This document shows positions 46,413-56,730 of a stretch of 56,792 bases of DNA, piece after piece. The stretch comes from a virus (taxonomy: Duplodnaviria; Heunggongvirae; Uroviricota; Caudoviricetes). Position numbers and translations under genes: made by a program. How positions within the stretch are numbered: position 1 is the stretch's first letter; every line of letters starts with the position of its first letter. The stretch is from IMG/VR virus record IMGVR_UViG_3300045146_000225, positions 64,001-120,792 of that record; one strand, given 5' to 3'. The notes below the pieces were generated by a model that saw nothing but the letters and a program-made list of their open reading frames with translations, had not been told where the DNA came from and made no database searches.

Positions 46413-48725
46413 TTAATGTATCGCAGCGTGGCGTGTCAACGACTTGATGTAGTCAAGTGAGTAACCGCGCTTGTAATCGACGAATTGGCTCTGGGTTATT
46501 ATTCCTTCTGTACTTTGGCATTGTTTACCCTCGGTTATTATCGTTTGTCCTTGTTCTAGTTTTTCTGCGTGTTCGTTTAGAGTCGCTAGGTCTAAGTTGA
46601 GCGAGTTCCAAAAAGTCCTTACTTGTGGGGCTGTGTTCAACTTGTAGAACCCTTTGGCTGCTTTCTTACCTATCTCCGCTTTCTGTGCTTCGCTGAGAAC
46701 ACTGTAAGCTTTCTTGTACATGTCTGGCATGAACTTGATGTAGTTAGGTAATTCCTTGTGTTTGCTTTCCATTATACCTTGGATGGTGTTGATCACATCA
46801 CCCTCGCTGAAGTAAACACCAGCGTTCAATGTGTGTACAATTTCCTTCTTCAACTCGTTGTCCAGCCCGTAGAACAAGTTCTTGTTGTTCTCGCTTAGTA
46901 GTTGTAGGAATGGGTATTTAGATTCCAACACGGTTGTGTTAGCACGCTCGTTTACTTTTGTCAGAACCTTGTCCAAGTCTGCCATCAACGTGTCTACGCC
47001 TTCTGTGATGCTTGATATGTTAGAAGATAGGTTCCTATCTTCAACGCCGCTTACTTTACCTGTCTTGAAGTCCTCGGTGTTTATCACGTTTGCCAACATG
47101 TTGGTGTGCCCGATGTGCTCGTTGATTATCTCCGCGTTGAAGTCGATAGCCTTGATGGCTTGCTCGGTTCTCTCTGAAATCACGTTCGAGTGTTGTATGC
47201 TCTCGTTTAGTGTCTTGCCCAGCAGCTTGGTGTATTTGATAACGCTCTCGGTAACTATACCGTTCTCGTTTATTACCCTAGCTAGGTCGTCAGAGTGGCG
47301 GATCGACTCGTTGATTGCCTTTGATTGCACGTTAACGAAGTTCACCAGCTCGTTTGTTGTTTGCCCTAGGGTCTCGGCGTACCCGATTAATCTGTTGTGT
47401 TGCTCTGTCATGATAGACGAGTGGTTCATCACTGTTTGCAGTTGTTTTGCCAACACGTTGATGTACTCGATGAGCGATGCTATCGTGGCTGCTTGGTCAC
47501 CTGCTGGCTGTGCTGCTGAAACCTGTTGCGTTGGTATCAATGGTGATGTTGGTTGTGCGAGCTGGTTACCCAGACCACCGCTTACTGGTTGTACCAGACC
47601 ACCGCTTACTGGTTGTGCCATGGCACCGTCTGCTGTTACACCAGGTACGCCTGCTGCTTGCGCTGCTACACCAGAAGGTTGTGTTGCACCAAGTGTCGAT
47701 ACCGCTGGTTGTGCTTGTACTTGTGGTTGAACCTCAATCTGAACTTGAACCTGAGCTTGTGCCTGTGGTTGAACTTGTGCTTGTGCTTGTACCTGTGGTT
47801 GAACCTGAGCTTGCTCCTGTGGTTGAACCTGTGCTTGTACCTGCGCGGCTTGAGCTTGTACATGCTGTGCTTTCTTCTCGAGAACCGCTTTTGTCTCGTG
47901 CTGGATACCCTCGAGAATACCCCTCAGTTCGCCGAATTGCTTCTGCATCATCTTGCTGTACTCATCGAATTCCACTTTAGAAATCGAACTCATCCCGTCA
48001 TCATTATTTTTATTAGGTGTGTGCTTGTTGAGCACTTTCTCGAACGATGCTAGATCGCTCTCATTTACTTTATATATCTTAGCTTCTCCACCGAAAAAAT
48101 TAAATTCGTCAACAAGCATCATCGTGTTGGTGATGTTGTTCACTCTTATGTTATCTAGCGATTCGGTTAACATCGAGAAATTCTCCTGCATCTTCTCCGG
48201 GATGTTGTTCTGCAACACGGCTTGCGAGAAACCTGGTTCGGCAACGAGGTCGAACGTGAATATCTTGAACAGCGTGACGCGACCTTGACCGTCGACCTTG
48301 CCAGCGCTCCTCGATGATGTTGATAACTGGACACCCGAATCTATTAGCGTCCTCGCTATGTTTCCGTAAGGGGTGTTGAGTACCTCTATCTTTATCTTCA
48401 CCGTGTCGTCGGTCTCGTCGTACCATATGTCGGTGATTATGTGCGAGACGTTCTTTAACGACGTGTCGTACCCCTGCGGGTGGTCGAGTTCGCCCATCAG
48501 TTGCCTTCTGTCTATCCTTTTCTTAAGTTCAGGTATGTGCTTGATGTAATCCTCGCGCATGTACTCCCTGCCGTTGTTGTTGGTTATGCCGAATTTTGCA
48601 ACAATGGCTATGAACTCGTACTTGGTGTTGTTCTGCGGTGCTTGTATCAATGGCGAGTTGATGCTCTCTACAATGAACACGTAATCACCACCTACCGTAC
48701 CGTTTATGACCTTGGGTGAACCCAT
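46413..48725 (-). CDS. Prohead protease (T4 gp21-like) fused to a long scaffold-like region
   Basis: NNNGREY, MGELDHP, NVSHII, NTPYG, STSSRSAG, TFDLVAEPGF in the N-terminus; Q/A/P-rich linker and helical C-terminus. Confidence 0.85.
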   Translation of the reverse strand: MGSPKVINGTVGGDYVFIVESINSPLIQAPQNNTKYEFIAIVAKFGITNNNGREYMREDYIKHIPELKKRIDRRQLMGELDHPQGYDTSLKNVSHIITDIWYDETDDTVKIKIEVLNTPYGNIARTLIDSGVQLSTSSRSAGKVDGQGRVTLFKIFTFDLVAEPGFSQAVLQNNIPEKMQENFSMLTESLDNIRVNNITNTMMLVDEFNFFGGEAKIYKVNESDLASFEKVLNKHTPNKNNDDGMSSISKVEFDEYSKMMQKQFGELRGILEGIQHETKAVLEKKAQHVQAQAAQVQAQVQPQEQAQVQPQVQAQAQVQPQAQAQVQVQIEVQPQVQAQPAVSTLGATQPSGVAAQAAGVPGVTADGAMAQPVSGGLVQPVSGGLGNQLAQPTSPLIPTQQVSAAQPAGDQAATIASLIEYINVLAKQLQTVMNHSSIMTEQHNRLIGYAETLGQTTNELVNFVNVQSKAINESIRHSDDLARVINENGIVTESVIKYTKLLGKTLNESIQHSNVISERTEQAIKAIDFNAEIINEHIGHTNMLANVINTEDFKTGKVSGVEDRNLSSNISSITEGVDTLMADLDKVLTKVNERANTTVLESKYPFLQLLSENNKNLFYGLDNELKKEIVHTLNAGVYFSEGDVINTIQGIMESKHKELPNYIKFMPDMYKKAYSVLSEAQKAEIGKKAAKGFYKLNTAPQVRTFWNSLNLDLATLNEHAEKLEQGQTIITEGKQCQSTEGIITQSQFVDYKRGYSLDYIKSLTRHAAIH
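47570..47860 (-). repeat. Coding repeats in the protease-scaffold gene
   Basis: QVQPQ(E/A/V)QAQ repeats, plus a 23-nt unit CCAGACCACCGCTTACTGGTTGT repeated with period 24 (47570, 47594). Confidence 0.75.
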
Positions 48726-48789
48726 TATCGTCAGAAATTATTTACATTTATTTATTTAAAGTGTCGTGTTGTTTTTTTAAAAAAAAAAT

Positions 48790-49163
48790 GCTTTTTGTTT
48801 TAATTTTTTTTGTATATTTGCAGTGCATATTGGATTGCATGAAGCATGGTGGGAGTCCTGTACTTTCATATATCCTCTGTGTACAGATCCTTGATGACAA
48901 TGTTGTTTCTTAACACGAGTTAGGGTCTAGCGTGGCTTGGTGTTGCAGACACTAGCGTTTTCTACATAGATATCCGTCCTGTCTATATGCGTTATATCCT
49001 CGTTCTTCTTGAAATAAGCCCACGTGAAATCAGGTCTCATCTTCGCCGAGAAGTATGACCCGTGGATGTCGTCGTCAATGGTTATCTCGGCGTAAAGCAA
49101 CTTCTATATGAAGCCGCTGCTCTTCGACTTGTATAAATCGTGTAAACTCTTTATCCCGCTCAT
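48790..49163 (-). pseudogene. Decayed backbone-type gene
   Basis: ATG 49163 MSGIKSLHDLYKSKSSGFI*KLLYAEITI...; in-frame TAG at 49104-06 and 48927-29, then a frame change. Confidence 0.4.
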
Positions 49164-49244
49164 AAGTGTTATTTATTCTTTCGTATGTAACGCTTTACGA
49201 TGTTATCCCCGTATTATTTTAAGAGAAATATTAACATCGTTGTA

Positions 49245-49274
49245 TTGCATTTCAAAAAAAAGGTTATATATTTG
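49245..49274 (+). promoter_or_regulatory. Bacteroidota-type promoter
   Basis: TTG (49245-47) - 19 nt - TATATTTG (49267-74), upstream of the LRR gene. Confidence 0.6.
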
Positions 49275-49326
49275 CGGTGTTATTGAAAGTATAATTGTAA
49301 AATAACCGTTAAAAAAATTTAAAATT

Positions 49327-50394
49327 ATGGGCGTGTTTGGTGATTGTAGTGAAGTAATCGTAATGGCTGCGCGTAGAGTTGTTAGTAATGTATTTAAATC
49401 ACATTTTAAATCTAAAACTGTCAAAGTTGGCGATCTCGTGTTGAGCTGGGATAAAAAGACTCTTATTGGTGTAAGTAATAAAAATATAGAAACAGTTACC
49501 ATCCCTAGTTATGTAACTAGGATAGGTGATGATGTTTTCGATTATTGTGTTTGTTTAAAATCAATAACTATACCGTATTCTGTTACCAGTATAGGTAAAT
49601 GTGCTTTCTATAATTGTTATAGTTTAACATCTATTGTTATTCCTGATTCGGTAAAGAGTATAGGTGATTTTGCTTTCTATAATTGTTATAGTTTAACATC
49701 TATTGTTATTCCTGATTCGGTAAAGAGTATAGGTGGTTTTGCTTTTTATGGATGTAAAGGTTTAACATCTATAACTATTCCAGATTCTGTAACTAATATA
49801 GGCGGTTGTTCTATTGTTTGTGGTAAAGTTTTTCATGGATGTAAAGGTTTAACATCAATCACTATACGTGGTATCAAGTACAAAACTGTTATGGGTGATG
49901 ACGGTGATTTATGCGTTTATGACAAGTCATACAAACATGCTGTTGACCATGAAGTATTTTCTAAAATAAAAGTATATACTGGTGTAAGGTGGTTTTATGG
50001 TGTTGAAGATGGTAAAATAAAGCTATCCGATGAACTTGTAATGGTATGTGATGAATTTAGGTCGTTGTGTGCACATGCTGATACGCTTGAACAAGCGATA
50101 GAAGATTTGATAAGGAAATACGATACACTTAAACAAGATGTATCAAATCTTGAAGTATTAACATTAGATACAATCATAACAGAGCAAATGTATATGGATT
50201 ATACGGGTGCTTGTTCTGGTGGTGTTGATAGTTTCAAGAGGTTATACAAGGAAAGGTACAAAGATGATATCAAACATAAATTAACTCTAAGAGAACTCCT
50301 ACCTCTTTTGAAATCAATAAGAAACTACAACATGCCGAGGTTGTTGTGCTGTATGGATGATGAAGCCGTGAAATTCTGGAATGAATTGGCATAA
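49327..50394 (+). CDS. BspA-type leucine-rich repeat (LRR_5) protein with a non-repeat C-terminal domain
   Basis: Repeats of IPxSVxxIGxxAFxxCxxLxSI; C-terminal YMDYTGACSGG region. Confidence 0.88.
   Translation: MGVFGDCSEVIVMAARRVVSNVFKSHFKSKTVKVGDLVLSWDKKTLIGVSNKNIETVTIPSYVTRIGDDVFDYCVCLKSITIPYSVTSIGKCAFYNCYSLTSIVIPDSVKSIGDFAFYNCYSLTSIVIPDSVKSIGGFAFYGCKGLTSITIPDSVTNIGGCSIVCGKVFHGCKGLTSITIRGIKYKTVMGDDGDLCVYDKSYKHAVDHEVFSKIKVYTGVRWFYGVEDGKIKLSDELVMVCDEFRSLCAHADTLEQAIEDLIRKYDTLKQDVSNLEVLTLDTIITEQMYMDYTGACSGGVDSFKRLYKERYKDDIKHKLTLRELLPLLKSIRNYNMPRLLCCMDDEAVKFWNELA
49602..49735 (+). repeat. Exact 65-bp tandem duplication (period 69 nt = one LRR)
   Basis: TGCTTTCTATAATTGTTATAG...GAGTATAGGTG at 49602 and 49671. 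Confidence 0.9.
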
Positions 50395-50540
50395 TTAATT
50401 TCATTGGTGTAACCAAATAATGAACGAGCCAACAATACATAAGTGCATGGTTTGGTATGCGCAAGGCGTTGAAACTTTCTAACGACATGAATAAGAACAT
50501 AGAATTGTGGTACTTGTACAAATAGTAAAAATGCGGTAAC

Positions 50541-50801
50541 ATGGAAGAATTTTTCATTAAAATATTCAGTTGTTTATCATCTAGTAAACCAAACTCGTGT
50601 GGTGATGTATTGTACACCAACAGTGATGGTAGTCTAGTGTACGTTTACAACATGTACGAAGATGACATCACGTACTCGTACATAGGTGTGTATTCCTTGT
50701 TCGAGAAGGAGTTCGGTATACCCTACAACGATATACGTGATTTCATATCCTCGATGGAGGAGAAGTACTTGAACGTTGATAAGTTTAACTTTAACGAGTA
50801 A
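50541..50801 (+). CDS. Small hypothetical protein
   Basis: 86-aa ORF. Confidence 0.6.
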   Translation: MEEFFIKIFSCLSSSKPNSCGDVLYTNSDGSLVYVYNMYEDDITYSYIGVYSLFEKEFGIPYNDIRDFISSMEEKYLNVDKFNFNE

Positions 50802-50818
50802 AAAAAAATACAGTTTGG

Positions 50819-51709
50819 ATGAATCATTACGAGGTTCTCGGTGTTAGCGATTATGCGGTGGTTGAAGATGTCAAGAAGGCGTACAAGACGCTCGCTAAGA
50901 AATACCACCCCGATGCTAACATTGATGTCGACGCTTCAACAAAAGCGGCGAATGATGTTAAGATGAAGGAAATAAACGATGCGTACTCGGTGCTTAGTGA
51001 CGAGGGTAAGAAGAAGCAGTACGACCATAATCTGAGGCATGGTTTCCAGAACCCGAACAATTTCAACCCGTTCGATGGTACTGGGTTCAACTTCGGCGGG
51101 TTTAACTTCACGTTCGGCAACATGCGGAACCAGACCGCCGTCATCGAGTACAGGTTCCACATACAGGAGTTGAGGGATCTCGATGTGAGGAAGGAGTTCT
51201 ACGTGTCTGATGTGACTAACAACAAGCGTATATCCGACACGATAGACATAAAGATGACGTATGATAATATAATAACGAAGGACATACGCATACACCAGGC
51301 AAACCACAGGATGTACGTAATGTCGCAGAGCCATATCCCCGGCAAGGGTCATAGCTACAACGGCACTCGTGGTATGCTTGAACTGGTGTTGTTGTTCGAG
51401 TTGCCTAGTAATGTTATCATGGACGAGCGTGCCAACATCATCCACTCTGAATCCGTGAGCCTGCACGATGTTGTATGTGGTGATGGTATCGAGTTGAAGA
51501 CTTGTTTCGGCAACACGTACAAGGTTAAGGTGAACAAGATGTCTTCGTTGAGCGATGTCAAGTGCGTGCTTAAAGATAAGGGTCTTGGTTTTAACGGAAC
51601 GTCTAGGCGCGATTATGTGTTCGATTTGAAAGTTAACGCCCCGGATATATCCAAGTTGAACGAGAGCGAGAAAGCCGAGTTGTCTAATTTGTTGTTGAAA
51701 TGTAAATGA
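50819..51709 (+). CDS. dnaJ: DnaJ-class co-chaperone without zinc finger (type II/CbpA-like)
   Basis: NHYEVLGV, KKYHPD, INDAYSVLSD J-domain; G/F-rich linker; C-terminal peptide-binding-like region. Confidence 0.88.
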   Translation: MNHYEVLGVSDYAVVEDVKKAYKTLAKKYHPDANIDVDASTKAANDVKMKEINDAYSVLSDEGKKKQYDHNLRHGFQNPNNFNPFDGTGFNFGGFNFTFGNMRNQTAVIEYRFHIQELRDLDVRKEFYVSDVTNNKRISDTIDIKMTYDNIITKDIRIHQANHRMYVMSQSHIPGKGHSYNGTRGMLELVLLFELPSNVIMDERANIIHSESVSLHDVVCGDGIELKTCFGNTYKVKVNKMSSLSDVKCVLKDKGLGFNGTSRRDYVFDLKVNAPDISKLNESEKAELSNLLLKCK

Positions 51710-52284
51710 TGTTTATGGGAAATTCGAGATGCAAGGTGTATGCGCATGGTGAAGATGTGTCTGGTGATGTGCTGGTGTCAACCGGCTTGTTCGATGCTAA
51801 CGGTGTCGAGATATTCGATGGTGATATCATACGGTGTGATGGTGTTGGTGACTTAGATGTGATCATGGATACCGATATCGGGTCGTGGGTGATAGGTGGT
51901 CGGTTGTTGTTTAATGAATTATCTAGGTATAATTGCGTCGTCATTGGTAATTCTTTCGAAAATAGTAGTGGTTGTCACGAGCGTGCTTGCGCGAGCGGCC
52001 ACATAAATACACACACTTTACGTGCGGCTATCGACAAGTGGGGTGTCGACGCGCAGGTGGAGATGGTCGAGGAGGAATGCATCGAGTTGGCCCTCGCCAT
52101 ACACAAGTTGAGGCGCAAGAGAGGTGATTTCGTTGAGAAGACGAACGCCGTTATAGACGAGATAGCCGATGCCATCATAATGTTGGAGCAAGCCAAGTTG
52201 ATATTCGATATTGACGCTATAAACGCTAGGGTTTGTTTCAAGATGGACCGGTTGAAATCGAGGATAGAAGAAGGTGTTGCTTAA
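51706..52284 (+). CDS. YopX-like domain fused to a MazG-like NTP pyrophosphatase domain
   Basis: TGLFDANGVEIFDGDII...VIGNSFEN (YopX) then WGVDAQVEMVEEECIEL...DEIADAIIM (MazG-like). Confidence 0.7.
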   Translation: MMFMGNSRCKVYAHGEDVSGDVLVSTGLFDANGVEIFDGDIIRCDGVGDLDVIMDTDIGSWVIGGRLLFNELSRYNCVVIGNSFENSSGCHERACASGHINTHTLRAAIDKWGVDAQVEMVEEECIELALAIHKLRRKRGDFVEKTNAVIDEIADAIIMLEQAKLIFDIDAINARVCFKMDRLKSRIEEGVA

Positions 52285-52312
52285 TATAACAAACTGTATT
52301 TTTTTATAATTT

Positions 52313-52804
52313 ATGAAAATTCTTATTATAGGACACGCGAGGCACGGCAAGGATACGGTCGCGGGTATCATCGGTGGTTTAACTGGCATGAGGTTCGAGA
52401 GTTCGTCAATGGCGGCTTGCCGGATATTCATATTCGACATGTTGAAGCACAAGTACGCGTACAGGAACGTCGCGGAATGCTTCGAGGACAGGTTCAACCA
52501 CAGGTCTGAATGGTACGAGCTTATATGCTGGTACAACAGGAATGACAGGGCAAGGTTGGCAAAGAACATACTTGCTGAAAACGATATCTACGTCGGTATG
52601 CGCGACAGGGAAGAGATACGCGAGTGTATCAAGCAGGGCGTGTTCGATGTCGTGGTTGGTGTTTTCGACCCGAGGGAGGAACTGGAACAAAGCGACTCTT
52701 TCAACATAGACGTGTGGGAAGAAAGTGATATAGTCATAATGAATAATTCAACGCTCGATGACCTCGAGAAGCGCGTTAAGCTTCTGGTCTGTGGCATGGT
52801 GTGA
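52313..52804 (+). CDS. dNMP kinase-like P-loop protein
   Basis: IIGHARHGKDTVA; ends with SDIVIMNNSTLDDL. Confidence 0.7.
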   Translation: MKILIIGHARHGKDTVAGIIGGLTGMRFESSSMAACRIFIFDMLKHKYAYRNVAECFEDRFNHRSEWYELICWYNRNDRARLAKNILAENDIYVGMRDREEIRECIKQGVFDVVVGVFDPREELEQSDSFNIDVWEESDIVIMNNSTLDDLEKRVKLLVCGMV

Positions 52805-52831
52805 TATAAATAACAAAAACATCACGGTTGT

Positions 52832-53365
52832 ATGTATTTAGGTGAGTTCAAGAAACACGTCCCGAGTTTAAAATCATATCTTAGCGAGAGCTTGTTCCGC
52901 GATAACTGGAGGAATTACGCCAACGATACGTATCTGACAACAGATTCGCCATCCAAGGAAACGCTGTCGGTCATGGAGGTTATGGTGAAGATATTCGGTG
53001 TAGGTGGTGCGGATGAACTCATATTCACGACCAACGACATCTCTTTCGGTGAGGATTACCTTCAGATAACCGACAAGGTCAAGATGTTGCAACCTAAGAT
53101 TGTCAAGACAGTCAACCTACCCGGTCGTTACATCCTGTACATAACGCTTTACGATCTGGAAGGTGTTACAGTGTCTTGTGTTGATATGGTGTCAGATGAA
53201 AGCACAAACGGTTTCGTGTTCATAAAGGATGTCGATTTCGACAAGATAAGCGGTGAGGAAGATGACGAGGACATAGATGTTGACGATGATGGAGCAACCG
53301 AGGGAGCAGATGGAGGTGGTACGGGAGAAGATACTAAGGCTCAGGATGATTTCTCTGATTTGTAA
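52832..53365 (+). CDS. Hypothetical protein with acidic tail
   Basis: 177-aa ORF with a D/E/G-rich C-terminus. Confidence 0.7.
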   Translation: MYLGEFKKHVPSLKSYLSESLFRDNWRNYANDTYLTTDSPSKETLSVMEVMVKIFGVGGADELIFTTNDISFGEDYLQITDKVKMLQPKIVKTVNLPGRYILYITLYDLEGVTVSCVDMVSDESTNGFVFIKDVDFDKISGEEDDEDIDVDDDGATEGADGGGTGEDTKAQDDFSDL

Positions 53366-53373
53366 ATTTATTA

Positions 53374-53406
53374 AACCCAACTAGTTATAATAAGATTAGT
53401 TGGGTT
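53374..53406 (+). terminator. Probable terminator hairpin
   Basis: AACCCAACTA / TAGTTGGGTT stem just after the stop at 53365. Confidence 0.55.
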
Positions 53407-53494
53407 GATGATTTTTACACTAAAAATATCTCGAGTTGTTGTTTTTTTGTGTAAATTTGTAAAGTTGATAATTCTAATATTAATTTAATCATAT

Positions 53495-55687
53495 ATGAAA
53501 ACGACATTAAATGGACTCTATTCGCAGAGTATTGAAAAGCAGCAAGCATTGCCACAGGTAACGGGTGTTAATTACTACGTTGTTGTTGACGTTAGTGGTA
53601 GCATGTCCGGCGAGTTGCATAAAATCCGCGCGCAGTTAAAGAACAAGGTGTCTTCGTTGCTCCGTGATGATGATACACTAACAATAGTGTGGTTCTCTTC
53701 AGATTCACAATGTGGTGTGTTGAAGGAGAACGTGAAGGTTACAAACCTGGTACAGCTTAATGATTTACACGCTGCGATCGACAGGTTCTTGAAGCCAATG
53801 AGTTGCACCGCGTTCAGGAAACCTCTTGAACTTGTCAAGAGCATCATAGACAATTACGGTTCTAGTAATCCCAACGTGCTTATATTCCTAACGGACGGGT
53901 ACAACAACGATTGTAGCTGGAAGGACGTGATGCAAAACCTGTCCGTGTTGAACGGTAGCCTTGCATCTTCGATGTTCGTCGAGTATGGTTATTACGCTGA
54001 TTCGTCTAGGCTGTCTGAAATGGCATCGCTTGTTGGTGGCGAGAAGGTCACTTCATCGTCGTTCGATGATTACGATAGTGCCTTTACTAGGAAATTATCA
54101 ACGCCGCTGTTGTCAACGAAGAAAATCAAGGTTGCCTTGGATAAAACACCGTCACGTGATTTCGTTTATAGCATCGACAACGGCGAGGTTATACTGTACA
54201 GCATCGTTGACGGGCATGTGCTGGTTGGGCAGGATATTGATAAGGTTTATTACACTATTGATGGTTCTGGTAATACAAATGCACCACAGGCTATGTACGC
54301 GCTGGCTTTCCTGTTGTCAGACAAGATGCGCGTCGAGGATACCGAGGACGTGTTGTCCAGTATAGGTGATGTCAGGATGATCAACATGTACGCCAACGCG
54401 TTCGGCAAGCAAAAGTTGTTCGAGTTCAAGTCAGAGCTGAAGAAGTGTATTTACGATGATTCGTATCGTTTCAATGAAGGTATGAACACGAGTCACATGA
54501 TAGATGACGAGAAGTACTGTGTTGTTGAACTCATAGAGGATTTACAGGATCACGGTGCATTGTTCCACCCGTTGAGTGAGCATTTCGAGTACAACAGGAT
54601 TTCAGCCGCCATGGAGGACAAGGACGAGTTCACGGATGAACAGAAGCAGCTCGTGGAGAATGCAAGTTCGGTTAATGAGCTTGAGGCTATATTGGAGAAA
54701 ATCAAGAAGGAGAACTTCAAGTTGAAGTTCGTACCTAACAATAAGAACAAGGGGTACACGTTCGACGACCTTGTTTACCATGAGGATAGGGCTAATATAT
54801 CGGTTCGTGTCAGGATTGATGGTCACGTCATGCTTCCAAATAACGAGTATGGTATAGATATCGTCAACACGTTCGTGTACCGCACGTACAACATCATCAA
54901 GGATGGTATCGTTAACATAACCAAGATACCTGTATCTTTTGTCGGTAACATCGGTTTCAATTTATCATCGAGGTTGTTTTCGAACGGTGTTATGGTTTTT
55001 GTCCCAGACCCCAATTCAAATATAATGGTTATTGATTTCAGCAGTTTGCCGACTATAAACCGTTCGATGTACAAGAATATGTCCGCTGTTAAACTTGCTA
55101 AATTATCGTTCGATTTGTGCAGGATGCAGGCGATGAACAAGGTGTTCAAGGCATCTAAGGATAGTAAGAGCGTATCGATGGTGGAGAAATACGGGGAGGA
55201 AGCCACTAACTGGTTGAACGGTCTAGGGTTCACCGATTTCTCTGGTTTCTCGCCTAAGTTGAAGAAAGCTGAACCTAAAGATTCATACGTTGCCATCGAG
55301 TTGCTCGTTAAGATTAAAGGGTTGTCAAGCCTTCCGAAGGTCGATGATGTTGTGAAGAAAGTTGCCACCGGTAAACCGCTCACCATATCAGAATCGTTGA
55401 TTAACGAGGCTATATTTGATTATAACACGATGATCCGACTGACAGAATCGCTCAAAAAGTCTAACCCTGGGGTTTGTGATGATTTTATAGCAGCGAAGGT
55501 CAAGGAGGTTAACGACAATAAGAAGAATCTCATGAGGGAGATATCCAAGCAGAAGTTCTCTATGATACTGTCTAGGAAATGGTTCCACGAGTTTAAGTCT
55601 ATGGACGAGAATACCATTGATATCGTTGTTGATGGTAAGACGGTTGCTGTTACATTTGAATATGCGGAAACTACTATCGAAATTTAA
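53495..55687 (+). CDS. von Willebrand factor A (vWA) domain protein
   Basis: [20 protein letters not shown]; long C-terminal region of unknown fold. Confidence 0.85.
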   Translation: MKTTLNGLYSQSIEKQQALPQVTGVNYYVVVDVSGSMSGELHKIRAQLKNKVSSLLRDDDTLTIVWFSSDSQCGVLKENVKVTNLVQLNDLHAAIDRFLKPMSCTAFRKPLELVKSIIDNYGSSNPNVLIFLTDGYNNDCSWKDVMQNLSVLNGSLASSMFVEYGYYADSSRLSEMASLVGGEKVTSSSFDDYDSAFTRKLSTPLLSTKKIKVALDKTPSRDFVYSIDNGEVILYSIVDGHVLVGQDIDKVYYTIDGSGNTNAPQAMYALAFLLSDKMRVEDTEDVLSSIGDVRMINMYANAFGKQKLFEFKSELKKCIYDDSYRFNEGMNTSHMIDDEKYCVVELIEDLQDHGALFHPLSEHFEYNRISAAMEDKDEFTDEQKQLVENASSVNELEAILEKIKKENFKLKFVPNNKNKGYTFDDLVYHEDRANISVRVRIDGHVMLPNNEYGIDIVNTFVYRTYNIIKDGIVNITKIPVSFVGNIGFNLSSRLFSNGVMVFVPDPNSNIMVIDFSSLPTINRSMYKNMSAVKLAKLSFDLCRMQAMNKVFKASKDSKSVSMVEKYGEEATNWLNGLGFTDFSGFSPKLKKAEPKDSYVAIELLVKIKGLSSLPKVDDVVKKVATGKPLTISESLINEAIFDYNTMIRLTESLKKSNPGVCDDFIAAKVKEVNDNKKNLMREISKQKFSMILSRKWFHEFKSMDENTIDIVVDGKTVAVTFEYAETTIEI

Positions 55688-55688
55688 T

Positions 55689-56369
55689 ATGAATTACGAG
55701 ATTATTAAAGACGAGAAACTCCTTCTGGAGTTCATAGACTGGTTGCCTGAATTGGAGGAAGGAGAGTGTTATTACTGTGGTTTGTTCGCTAGGTCGAAGT
55801 ATTGCAAGGATGTGTTGCATATCAATTCAGACAAGCAACAGCTCAAAAGGTTCACGACAACCAAGGAGTTCTTGTTCGAGAAGATTCAGCAACTTGAATG
55901 TGAAGTTGGTACATATTACCAGAAACACGTTAAAATACCACAGGAAGCACTCGCGTTGTATATCAACATTAACCCCAGAAGTTATGAAAAGGCTGCCAAG
56001 ATGTGCTTGGTTAAACTTGCCGAATTAATCACGAGACCTTACGGTGGGTATAACCCACACCAGGAGATGTTGAGCTGTATCCACAAATCAATTAGCAGGA
56101 AGGTTTTCTTCGATGTTGATTTCGATGGTGTTGATTTCGATACCGTGAGTGGTAAGGTTGAGGATGTGCTTAACAAGGATTGTGTCAGCTACTTGAAAAC
56201 ACGTGGTGGATTCCACGTGCTTGTCGATATCGGCAAAATACAGGATGAGTACAAGAAAACATGGTACAAGGGTATAACTTCGATAGAAGGTGTGGATTGT
56301 AAAGGTGATAACATGATTCCTGTACCAGGTACGTACCAAGGTGGGTTCATTCCACATTTCATCCGTTAG
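55689..56369 (+). CDS. AEP (primase-polymerase) superfamily-like protein
   Basis: FFDVDFD (DxD), KTRGGFHVL (sxH), DNMIPVPGT; ATG at 55689, in frame with tracked 55617. Confidence 0.6.
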   Translation: MNYEIIKDEKLLLEFIDWLPELEEGECYYCGLFARSKYCKDVLHINSDKQQLKRFTTTKEFLFEKIQQLECEVGTYYQKHVKIPQEALALYININPRSYEKAAKMCLVKLAELITRPYGGYNPHQEMLSCIHKSISRKVFFDVDFDGVDFDTVSGKVEDVLNKDCVSYLKTRGGFHVLVDIGKIQDEYKKTWYKGITSIEGVDCKGDNMIPVPGTYQGGFIPHFIR

Positions 56370-56445
56370 TGTTTCTTGTATTATGTTATTGATGTTAAAC
56401 GTGTTGAGTTATAGGTTTAAATAAAAATACTTTCAAAATAAAATT

Positions 56446-56730
56446 ATGGAAATGGTAAAAGGTATTGACTTTAAATTAAGTGAAGATGGTAAAACATTGT
56501 TGCGTGTTGATAAAGATGTTGTCGAGTTTGTAATCCCAGATTCAGTAACGAGTATAGGGAATTATGCTTTTATGGATTGTGCTAGTTTAAAATCAATAAC
56601 TATCCCTAGTTCTGTAACGAGTATAGGGTATAATGCTTTTAGTGATTGTTCTAGTTTAAAATCAATAACTATTTACCACCCCCGAAGGTCATGTAAATCA
56701 TACAACAAAAACCAGACAATCTCGTACTAG
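56446..56730 (+). CDS. Second BspA-type LRR protein, apparently truncated
   Basis: Two-plus LRR_5 repeats, then an abrupt switch at about 56673 to unrelated sequence. Confidence 0.7.
   Translation: MEMVKGIDFKLSEDGKTLLRVDKDVVEFVIPDSVTSIGNYAFMDCASLKSITIPSSVTSIGYNAFSDCSSLKSITIYHPRRSCKSYNKNQTISY

Noticed and set aside
498-48053. Many antisense or alternate-frame ORFs (e.g. 498..1100, 3131..3736, 5415..6017, 23884..24630, 25144..25752, 33563..34201, 46882..47730, 47477..47980)
   Set aside because: They fully overlap well-supported genes on the other strand or frame and show no motifs; treated as shadow ORFs.
49327-56730. Diversity-generating retroelement acting on the LRR genes
   Set aside because: No reverse transcriptase is present and no template/variable repeat pair differing only at adenines is visible; the similarity is ordinary LRR periodicity.
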